Assembly: GCA_963711565.1 (NCBI GenBank)
Contig: CAVQEQ010000004.1
Location: 576,001 to 640,000 of the forward strand
Origin: an uncultured delta proteobacterium
GTDB taxonomy: Bacteria; Desulfobacterota; Binatia; Binatales; Binataceae
DNA: 64,000 bases
Direction of reading: 5' to 3'
Position 1 is the first letter of the stretch. Every line of letters begins with the position of its first letter. Positions 10,301 to 17,527 of this stretch are shown here, in pieces. Under the pieces are notes generated by a model. That model saw only the letters and a list, made by a program, of their open reading frames with translations, searched no databases and was not told where the DNA came from. A program made the translations under genes and the position numbers.

Positions 10301-11118
10301 TGGTCGGTGTGGTAAATGTCAGTTCGAACCAGGCGGTCGTCACCTGGGGCTCGGGCTCGCACGTCACCTTTATCAGTCTCAACAACAGCCCGACCACGGG
10401 GTTTGCCGATCAGTCCGTGAGCTTGAGCGCTACCCTGTCCGACGAATCAGTTACCCCGCCGTCTTCACTATCCGGGCAGCAACTGACTCTCGCTATTGGC
10501 AGTTCCAACTGCATCGCGACTACGAATTCGAACGGCGTCGGTTCTTGCTCGGCGACAGCCGGAGCCGGCGGTAGTTCTACGCTGAGCGCCAGCTTCGCGG
10601 GCGCGGCGGGATACGATCCGTCGAGCGCTTCTGAAGGCTTCAAAGTAGTTGCCTCGGTTGCAATGACCGCAACCCCGACGCCAACCGCGACCGCGACGGC
10701 AACCGCGACTGCGACGGCAACCGCAACCCCGACTGCTACACCTACTCCTGTGACCGGCAAGCTGAAGGTTACGCCGCATAAGCTCAACTTTGGCGAGATC
10801 GAAGTCGGAACGAACAGAATCAAATCGGTCGAGGTTATCAACGCGGGGAAGATCAAGAAGAAGAAAACCCCATTGCCGATTCTGATCGAGATGGAAAGAG
10901 ACGTGACAAGTCCGTTCAGCGTGACTCAGGCGTGCGATGACGATGACCTCGGCCCGAAGGGGAAAGGCATACCGGCCGGTAGATGTAAGATATCGGTAAC
11001 GTTCGTGCCGACCGCGGCGATGAAGTACAAGGGGACCCTGATGATCGACGATAACCTCGAACCCACCTTCGAGAAGAGCGTACAGCTCGAAGGATCGGGT
11101 AAGGAGCCGAAGAAATAA
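7309..11118 (+). CDS. Sedolisin/kumamolisin (S53) peptidase with invasin-like Ig domains, beta-propeller-like region, Thr/Pro linker and C-terminal ASH-like domain
   Basis: Catalytic motifs EVLLDIE, ISNSWA, GTGDDG, GGTSLAAP; Big_1-like repeats (PADGTSQGVVVVRLVDANGN; TADGKTPADITIVLQDSLG); TPTPTATATAT linker; KLKVTPHKLNFG...ISVTFVPT...VQLEGSG. Confidence 0.9.
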   Translation: MFSFWVTVECFVVDNFVDFFDALNATPGSGYHCRFCSAQPLGGKTSANSIVSGTGQTVGLLEFDSYQTSDVNDYLNLLGLAGATPAPIGNLSQVPVNGGVSPPGSDQDEVLLDIETVMTYAPGAKVVVYDAPFNGAQGYTDLYNAMIDGGVTIISNSWASCEDQVSLGDAQGIDTVLQNAAAAGISVFNGTGDDGSTCLDGAANTISVPADSPNATAVGGSSIQAGAGYTYGSETWWGADGGQNGGGYGTSKFFSAPSYQSGLGGGANRSIPDVVINADPESGMIVCEASNGGCPNGLLYGGTSLAAPLWASFAAQLNQAQGSNLGFLNLLIYPLSASDGFHNAASMSSDFAHVGLGSPNVDALHLLLTRETAGLPDAANSQVVDSSTIVEDAQVPAVSLPADGTSQGVVVVRLVDANGNIVSGKTVSLAPTAGSAKISPASTTSSVNDGTAVFMVTDLTPETITLSATDTTDSISLSETASVSFVTPVAAGASLTAGPSEVTADGKTPADITIVLQDSLGRATPGKLIQISQTGGNSVISGPNPPVTNASGQIEFTAVNSNNETITYSAVNVTDGNLALPETGTVTFSDAPEPGCSNTFVAAPGFVAQPYATGFLAQNFCVDGICTSGCSGAFGLAFDASSNLYVSDQPTGDVYKIPPGGGVANSSTLLTQTALPTLIGLAVDGSGNLYGGVNEAGTLYAPGGGEVVKIDTSTGAIDSTVASGLTCPGLIAIDPLSGDLFADDNCSGNAGGGGLNDASLWRISNPAGSPSVSLYTTLPGSPNGTEAFAPGGTIYITTDGGGSTVAVISGTNGPTTPTVNTLTGLPLFGLGLLAMGSEAGGAAQYLISTFDPVANVPGGIGTFDLTTTPVSQSSTVVTNGPEAPGMTIGPDGCMYAARGVAVFRITDTTGACTYAAQTPAASLYLSPIGISPNPAQGTPQTFIAQFHNVDAPAGTPVSFSVTGANPQGQIGNTDTSGTSSFTYTAAHAGTDTIEASAMVGVVNVSSNQAVVTWGSGSHVTFISLNNSPTTGFADQSVSLSATLSDESVTPPSSLSGQQLTLAIGSSNCIATTNSNGVGSCSATAGAGGSSTLSASFAGAAGYDPSSASEGFKVVASVAMTATPTPTATATATATATATATPTATPTPVTGKLKVTPHKLNFGEIEVGTNRIKSVEVINAGKIKKKKTPLPILIEMERDVTSPFSVTQACDDDDLGPKGKGIPAGRCKISVTFVPTAAMKYKGTLMIDDNLEPTFEKSVQLEGSGKEPKK

Positions 11119-11192
11119 TCAGCTCGATATTCGCGGTTTAAATCCCGTCGGGGACGCTCGGGTTTTTTCTGCCTTTGCGGGGCCAATCCAGG

Positions 11193-12290
11193 CTAGCCGC
11201 CCGCGCCGTGCCGGTCAGGACGGAGCACCGTTAGTCCGCGCGGACCGGCGTTGGCGGCGGCGTGGGCCACGGCCTTGTTGACGTCGTCCAGTCCGAATTC
11301 GGTCAGGTCGAACTGGGCGAGGTCTATCAGCCCGGCGCGGACCAGCCGCACCATCCGGGCCACGGCTTCGCGAGGGTACATAAACTGGCCGCAGACGGTG
11401 ATGTAGTTCTGCATCATCCAGACATAAGGCAGCGGGATTTCGCCGCCATCAGCCCTGACGCCTCCCATCAACACTATGCGCCCGCGCGGACGCACCGCTA
11501 GCGCGGCCGCGCGCACCTGGGAGCCGGTTGCCTCCCGCGGCAGGAAATCGAGTACGAAGTCGATCGGGCCGCCCGCGAGCTCGATGATGCGTTGCCGGTC
11601 GTCCGTCTCGACGCCGGTCATCCGGGCGGGCCGCACGCGCGGACCGAAGCGGCGGACCAGGTCGTCCAGCGCGCGCTCGTTGCGGCTAGTGGCAACAACC
11701 TTCGCCGCGCCCATCGCGAGCGCCACGGCGACTCCGGCGCCGCCGAAGCCTCCGGTGGCGCCGTTCACCACCAGCGTCTCACCGGCTTGCAGATCGCCCG
11801 CCAGCAGCCCGCCGTACGGCACGAGCAGCCGGCCGAGCGCACACCACCGGCCCGCGTCCGCCGGGTCTATCTCGCCGATTCGCGTGACGTTCTCAGTCGG
11901 GACGAGCATCTGCTCGGCAAAGGAGCCGTGGTGAAAGAAACGATGCAGTCGCAGGGCCGCGGCGCTCCTGTAAGTCCAGCCCTGGAGTATCATGTCGGGA
12001 TTGGCGGCGTCGTCGCGCGAGCGGATCGTAGGGTCGCAGAAAACCCAGTCGCCGACCTGAAGCCTGGTCGCATCTGGCCCGGTTGCGCGCACCCGGCCGA
12101 TGCCGCCCGGCCCCGGCACGACCGGCAGCTCCAGCAGGTAGTTGCGGGCGCCGGAGAAGACATCGATGGCGTAGTTGGTGACGCCAGTGGCGACGACATC
12201 GACGATGACCTCGCCGGTGCCGAGCACCGGGTCGGGGAGTGTCTCGATCGTCAGCGGCGATCCGAAGGTTCTTAGGACTGCTGCTTTCAT
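11193..12290 (-). CDS. Zinc-binding (MDR family) alcohol dehydrogenase
   Basis: MKAAVLRTFG, GroES-like N-domain, VVNGATGGFG nucleotide-binding motif; AGGAGG RBS upstream. Confidence 0.9.
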   Translation of the reverse strand: MKAAVLRTFGSPLTIETLPDPVLGTGEVIVDVVATGVTNYAIDVFSGARNYLLELPVVPGPGGIGRVRATGPDATRLQVGDWVFCDPTIRSRDDAANPDMILQGWTYRSAAALRLHRFFHHGSFAEQMLVPTENVTRIGEIDPADAGRWCALGRLLVPYGGLLAGDLQAGETLVVNGATGGFGGAGVAVALAMGAAKVVATSRNERALDDLVRRFGPRVRPARMTGVETDDRQRIIELAGGPIDFVLDFLPREATGSQVRAAALAVRPRGRIVLMGGVRADGGEIPLPYVWMMQNYITVCGQFMYPREAVARMVRLVRAGLIDLAQFDLTEFGLDDVNKAVAHAAANAGPRGLTVLRPDRHGAGG

Positions 12291-12446
12291 CGTGGTCCTC
12301 CTGTTGTACAGACTTAGCGTGACCCGCCCAGAATCGGCATTCAAGAAGATCGCTATTATCCCCGGAATTCGCAGGTCCTACCTGGAGAAGGCATAGGGAT
12401 GCTCGATCCAGCCGAAACGGATTTGGCGAATTTCTTGCTGACAGGT

Positions 12447-13103
12447 TCAGCTTAGCGAGTGCTGACGCTTGAGAAATTCGATCTCTTCTTTGGTTGATTG
12501 TCGGCCGAGCGCCTCGTTGCGGGCCGGAAACCTTCCGAATCGCCGAATCATCTTCAGGTGCGACTCGGCGGACATCCGGACTACGGCACCTTCCGAGGGT
12601 TCGCTAAAGTCATCGGCTAGAACGAGGGCGAGGCGTACCGATTCCATTTGATCGTGCGGATCTTCACTGTGTTCGAACGGCAGATACAAAAACATCCGCA
12701 TGACCGGCGGCAATTCGCGATCGAATCCGGATGCAATTGCGTGGCGGCTGACCTCGCGTGCTTTAGCGTCAGTCGCAAACGCTCGCGCGGTGTCGCGGAA
12801 CATGTTGCGCGGAAATTGGTCCAGCAATAATACCAGCGCGAGACAACTTCTGGGAGCTTTTTTCCAGCTGTCCAGCCGGCCAAACGCAGCTTCCTTGTAA
12901 CTATCGAAAAAAAGAGACTTACAGAGCCGGTCGAACGCGCGATCGGGCACGAACCATCGTGACCAAAGATGGACCCCATCCTCGGCGTGACCGGGCGTCA
13001 TCCAGAAATTGAGGATGCGCTCGGCTTGCGAAGCTGTGCGGCTGCTGTCCGGAGCGCCTTTGGAAGATACGCTTCGTCTGGATTTCGATCGTGGGTTTTT
13101 CAC
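12447..13103 (-). CDS. DUF924 family protein
   Basis: LLLDQFPRNMFR, FLYLPFEHSE and IRRFGRFPARNEALGRQST motifs. Confidence 0.9.
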   Translation of the reverse strand: MKNPRSKSRRSVSSKGAPDSSRTASQAERILNFWMTPGHAEDGVHLWSRWFVPDRAFDRLCKSLFFDSYKEAAFGRLDSWKKAPRSCLALVLLLDQFPRNMFRDTARAFATDAKAREVSRHAIASGFDRELPPVMRMFLYLPFEHSEDPHDQMESVRLALVLADDFSEPSEGAVVRMSAESHLKMIRRFGRFPARNEALGRQSTKEEIEFLKRQHSLS

Positions 13104-13139
13104 ATCTCAGGCGGTTTTGTGGTTGGGTCGACGCACGCC

Positions 13140-16100
13140 CTATGCGTTTAGTTCCTGAAGGAGCGCTCTGGCATCTCTCAAGTCCGCGGTATCGAAGCCT
13201 TCAGTGAACGATCCGTAGATTTCGGCGAGCAGCGGGCGTGCTTCTTCGCGGCGATTCAAGTCTTGCAGCATCCGCGCAAGGCTGGTGCTTGCGCGCAACT
13301 CCCACGATTTGGCTCGTTGCATCCGCGAGATATCGAGCGCCGTGTGAAAGGACTGCTCGGCGGCGGCCGCATTGGCCGCGTCGTGGCCCAATAGCAGTTC
13401 ACCCTTCAGGCGATGCAACTCGGCCTGATAGTACTGTTGGCCGGTCCTATCGGTAAAAAGGAATGCTTCATCTATCGCGGCGAGCCCTTCTTCATAGCGC
13501 CCGGCGCGGCCCAAGGCCGTCGCGATAAATGAAAGACCGCGATCGGTTATATATTCGGAGCCGCCGGCCTTTAGCTGTGACATGTGGGTTCTCATCCTCG
13601 CGATGCCACCCTCGAGGTCGCCGTCGAGCGCGTCGGCCCATCCCAGATAGATTTCGCTGAGCGCTCTGCCCGTGAACAAACCGGAAGCGATCGCTATTGC
13701 AAGTCTGGCCTCCGCTCTGGACCGCATTTGCCGGGTGTCGCGCCGAAGCTCGCAAATGTATGCCGCGAATCCGTGTAAGTCACCGATCAAGCTCTTTGAC
13801 GTGCGATTATCCGTTGCGGTCGCGCTATTCATTCGCTCCAACGCTCGATCGGGGTAACCGAGAAACCACAGGTTCCAACCCGAAATAATGCGATTGTTTT
13901 CCAAGGTGTATAAAAGCTGGACCGCTGCCTGTGCCTGGGAAATCTGTGTTGCGCGTCCGTGCGTGAGATCCGATGCCGGTTTGGTGATCGATTCCAGAAC
14001 TGTCCATGTTCGATCGAAAGCATCGGCGGCGGCATCGAAATCCCCCGCGACCATTTTGATGTAGGCCAGCCAATTGCCGGCTTCCGCGAGGAGTCCGTCG
14101 GCGCCGCGTTCCTCGGCGCGCGCCATCAACTCGGCAGCGATCGCTCCCGCCCTGCGCACGTCGGGACGCATCTGCTGCACGAAGTAAATGCCGAAAAGCG
14201 CCCACCAGCTTTTTTCCCAGTTGACGCCGGGACGTTGACAAAGGGCTATTGCGCGCTGGGTCGAGCGTTCGACTTCGGGCGAAGCGAGTCCCTTTATATC
14301 TCCGAGGGCGCTATAGGCCGCGATGCGCAGGTCCAACTCCCGGTCGGCGCGCGAGTCGTCGTCGGGAAGCTTCTGCAGTAGGTCAAGTCCGGTATCGAAC
14401 AGCGCGACTGCCTCGGCGAGCGAGCCACGCTCCTGGCTTTGCTGGATCGCAAGGAGGCAATAGCCAACGGCCTTTTCGTGATTGCCGCTGCGGGCGTAGT
14501 GGAACGTCAGCGCCGCAAGATGATCGCCAAGGTTATCGCGATAGACCGATTCCAGGCGGGCGCCGATCCGTTCGTGCAGCAGCCGCCGGCGTTCATTGAG
14601 CACCGAGTTATACGCAACGTCATGGGTAAGAGCATGCTTGAAGGTGTACTCAAGGTCTCCTACTGCCGGCTGCTCGTAGATGAACTCACCTAACTGAAGC
14701 TCCGATAGCATCGACTCAAGGTCAGATACTCCCGGGTCCGCTTCTTTGTGCAACTGAGTCAGCGCCATCGTTGTCGCTTCGGAGTTCGTGCTCGCAATCG
14801 CCGAGATGGTTGGCGGCTGCCATACATGACGAACCAAGCCGAGCTTGAACTCCATGCCGACGACGGCGAGCGTCTGCAGCAAATCTTTCTGGTCCGGCGG
14901 CAAGCGGTCGATGCGCGCGGCCAGGATTGCCTGAACCGTGGGTGGGATCTTCAGTTCGCGCAGCGGTTTGGTGAGCCTCGTAATGCCGTTGCGCACCAGT
15001 GCTCCTTCGTCCAGGAGAACCTGTACGGTCTCTTCCATGAAGAAGGGGTTGCCCTCGGTCTTCTCTACGATGATTCGCTTGAGCGGTGCTAAATCCGGCT
15101 CGTCGCCGAGGAGAGCGGTCAGCATCTCATCGGCGCTTTCCTTGCCAAGCGGGTCGAGCCGCAACTGCGTGTAGTAGGTTTTGCTCCCCCATTCGTGGCG
15201 GTACTCGGGCCGATAGTTGACCAGGAGCAGGATGCGCGCGGTGCCGATAGAGTCCGCGAGCAAGTTCAGAAACACCTGCGACTCATTATCGATCCAGTGC
15301 AGGTCTTCGAATACGACGATAAGCGGCTGGTTCAGGCTTTCGCGCAAGAGTATCCGCTTGACCGCGTCGAGCGCGCGATGTTTTCGAGTTTGTGCCTTGA
15401 TTTCCGCAATCTGATTGTCGTCATCGGCGATGCCGAGCAGGCCGTATAGGTACTGCAGCGTATCTTCCAGCGAACGATCGAGCGTCAGCACCCTGCCGTT
15501 GATCTTCTCGCGCCGCTTGCGCGCATCATCTTCGGACGAAATCTCGAAGTACGAGTACAGGAGATCGATCAGCGGCAAGAATGCCGAGGCCTGTCCGTGT
15601 GAGACCGAGAATGCTTCGAGCACCATCCAGCCCGAGCGCGATACAGCCTTGAACTCGAACAGGAGCCTCGACTTGCCGACGCCCGCCTCGGCCATCGCCG
15701 CGACGATCTGGCCGCGCCCCGCTTGCGCCTGCTCGGCGGCGCGTTTCATCGCCTGTATTTCATTCTGGCGCCCGACGAACTTGGTGTAGCCGCGCCCCGC
15801 GGAGCGTTGCAGACGTGTGCGCAGAGGCCCCAGCCCGGTTACCTCGTACACCTCAACCGGTTCGGTGACCCCTTTGATACGCGCGAGCCCCAGCTCGTTG
15901 AGCGTGAAGTAGCCCTCGACCAGGCTGCGCACTGCGGGGCCGATCGCGATCGATCCCGCCGGCGCCAGCGCCTGTAGTCGCGAGGCGAGACTTATCGAGT
16001 GACCGATCGGCGTATATTCGGTGTCCGTCTCACCGGTCTTGATCGTTCGCACCACGGCTTCACCGACATTGACCCCAATTCGGATCGTGATGGGCGGCTC

Positions 16101-16619
16101 ACCACGCTCTCGCAGCCGATCCGAGTAGCGCCTGAGGTCCTCCTGCATGCGCAGCGCGGCATAAAGCGCATGCTGCGGATGATCCTCGAGCGCGATTGGC
16201 GCGCCGAACACCGCGAAGATTCCGTCGCCCGTGGATTGGGCGACGTAGCCTCCATAACGGCGGACCGCTTCGATCATCAGCTGAAGAGCCGGATCAAAGA
16301 TCGCGCGCGCATCTTCGGGATCGAGGTGCTCGATCATCTCCATCGATCCCTTGATATCCGCGAAGAGCGCGGTAACAGTCTTCCGCTCGCCTTCACTGGC
16401 GGAGGGATCATGCTGCTCCGGCACGGGCGCGGGCTCGGTCGCAGCCGGCTTCGTAGCACGCGCTTTGGCCTCGAATGGGGCGCCGCAATCGCGGCAGAAC
16501 TTCGCGGGAGGCGAATACTCCGCGCCGCACTTCGGACACTTGGCGGGAAAAGGATTCCCACACTCAGCGCAGAATCTGGTGCCGGGCGGATTTTCGGAAC
16601 TGCATTTGGGACAGCGCAT
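13140..16619 (-). CDS. Double zinc ribbon + class III nucleotide cyclase + STAND AAA ATPase + TPR-like sensor
   Basis: CPKC/FCAECG ribbons; LFADIKGS and TGDGIFAVFG cyclase motifs; Walker A AEAGVGKS; Walker B VFEDLHW; GNPFF; C-terminal KSWELRA...GFDTADL. Confidence 0.92.
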   Translation of the reverse strand: MRCPKCSSENPPGTRFCAECGNPFPAKCPKCGAEYSPPAKFCRDCGAPFEAKARATKPAATEPAPVPEQHDPSASEGERKTVTALFADIKGSMEMIEHLDPEDARAIFDPALQLMIEAVRRYGGYVAQSTGDGIFAVFGAPIALEDHPQHALYAALRMQEDLRRYSDRLRERGEPPITIRIGVNVGEAVVRTIKTGETDTEYTPIGHSISLASRLQALAPAGSIAIGPAVRSLVEGYFTLNELGLARIKGVTEPVEVYEVTGLGPLRTRLQRSAGRGYTKFVGRQNEIQAMKRAAEQAQAGRGQIVAAMAEAGVGKSRLLFEFKAVSRSGWMVLEAFSVSHGQASAFLPLIDLLYSYFEISSEDDARKRREKINGRVLTLDRSLEDTLQYLYGLLGIADDDNQIAEIKAQTRKHRALDAVKRILLRESLNQPLIVVFEDLHWIDNESQVFLNLLADSIGTARILLLVNYRPEYRHEWGSKTYYTQLRLDPLGKESADEMLTALLGDEPDLAPLKRIIVEKTEGNPFFMEETVQVLLDEGALVRNGITRLTKPLRELKIPPTVQAILAARIDRLPPDQKDLLQTLAVVGMEFKLGLVRHVWQPPTISAIASTNSEATTMALTQLHKEADPGVSDLESMLSELQLGEFIYEQPAVGDLEYTFKHALTHDVAYNSVLNERRRLLHERIGARLESVYRDNLGDHLAALTFHYARSGNHEKAVGYCLLAIQQSQERGSLAEAVALFDTGLDLLQKLPDDDSRADRELDLRIAAYSALGDIKGLASPEVERSTQRAIALCQRPGVNWEKSWWALFGIYFVQQMRPDVRRAGAIAAELMARAEERGADGLLAEAGNWLAYIKMVAGDFDAAADAFDRTWTVLESITKPASDLTHGRATQISQAQAAVQLLYTLENNRIISGWNLWFLGYPDRALERMNSATATDNRTSKSLIGDLHGFAAYICELRRDTRQMRSRAEARLAIAIASGLFTGRALSEIYLGWADALDGDLEGGIARMRTHMSQLKAGGSEYITDRGLSFIATALGRAGRYEEGLAAIDEAFLFTDRTGQQYYQAELHRLKGELLLGHDAANAAAAEQSFHTALDISRMQRAKSWELRASTSLARMLQDLNRREEARPLLAEIYGSFTEGFDTADLRDARALLQELNA

Positions 16620-16638
16620 CTTGCAAGATCGGCGTGCG

Positions 16639-17340
16639 CTACGGCTTGACCACCTCGCCGCGATGATCCTTGTACATGCGGTCGCGCCAGGCGAATACTT
16701 CGGCGAAGGCTGGATCTTCGCCGAGCGGGTCAAGGTAAACGAACCGCAGTTCCGGCGTAAAGACGAAAAACTCCTGCGGCGCCGCCTTGAAAAGCATCAG
16801 CATCGCCGCGGTGGTTATGTCGGCGCGAGTGAACGTATCACCGACCAGGTATTTGCGTCCGCTCAGCGTCTCCCTAAGGCTCGTCAGGATTCTCGTAATC
16901 GTGAACCTGCTCTGCTCTTCCTCGAATGGTGAATATCCATACTTTTCCGCGAAGTACTTTCCGCTCTTTTGTGCTTCGGGGTCATCGATGCGGAGCAGGC
17001 GCCCTGTGATCATCACGCGGCCATGAGGCCCCAGCGCGTTAAGCGCGACTTCTTCCCATAGCGTCACCATCGCGCGCTCTTTCGCCGACTTGGGTAACAA
17101 CGCCGGCTCCGGTCTCGTTTCCTCGAGCCAATCCAGAATCGCACTGGAATCCGGAATCACTTTATCGCCGGCGATCAACACCGGCACCATCGCCTGGCCG
17201 GTCAATTTCTTCACCGCAGCTTCATCAACGCCGGCCTCGTAGTTCTGTTTCTCATAGGGCAATTTTTTGAATGCGAAGGCCCATCTGACCCGTTCCGACC
17301 AGGGCGATCCGTACATTGTGATCAGCTTGGTTGTGCCCAT
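16639..17340 (-). CDS. Glutathione S-transferase family protein
   Basis: SPWSERVR, MVPVL, IPDSSAILDWL and YLVGDTFTRADI motifs. Confidence 0.9.
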   Translation of the reverse strand: MGTTKLITMYGSPWSERVRWAFAFKKLPYEKQNYEAGVDEAAVKKLTGQAMVPVLIAGDKVIPDSSAILDWLEETRPEPALLPKSAKERAMVTLWEEVALNALGPHGRVMITGRLLRIDDPEAQKSGKYFAEKYGYSPFEEEQSRFTITRILTSLRETLSGRKYLVGDTFTRADITTAAMLMLFKAAPQEFFVFTPELRFVYLDPLGEDPAFAEVFAWRDRMYKDHRGEVVKP

Positions 17341-17426
17341 GAAAAAACCTCCCCGGGGCTAGTCCTTTCGATGTTTCCCTCGCGAGGATCGTAAGTTAGT
17401 CCAAGCCGGCCGCCAAGGCCTTTTGG

Positions 17427-17455
17427 CTGAACTTTGTCTGAACTCGATCTGAACT
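17427..17455. promoter_or_regulatory. Three CTGAACT heptamers at 11-bp period: putative OmpR/SARP-type wHTH operator
   Basis: CTGAACT starts at 17427, 17438 and 17449, in the divergent promoter region between the GST and wHTH-STAND genes. Confidence 0.7.
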
Positions 17456-17527
17456 TTCGCGCGACGGTCGAAGCGTCGAGCCTATACGCTCGCCAGGCGC
17501 GGAAGTAGAATCGGCGAAAGCTGCAAA

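Larger units (their letters stand above)
6501..11177. mobile_element. tRNA-Glu-anchored genomic islet bounded by att-like direct repeats, no integrase
   Basis: 18-bp identical core AAATCCCGTCGGGGACGC at 6506-6523 (tRNA 3' end) and 11140-11157; both copies continue into TTTTTCTGCCTTTG. The only cargo is the S53 protease gene. Confidence 0.7.

Noticed and set aside
10664-10750. Low-complexity ACC/GCG/ACG repeat
   Set aside because: Simply encodes the Thr-Ala/Thr-Pro linker.
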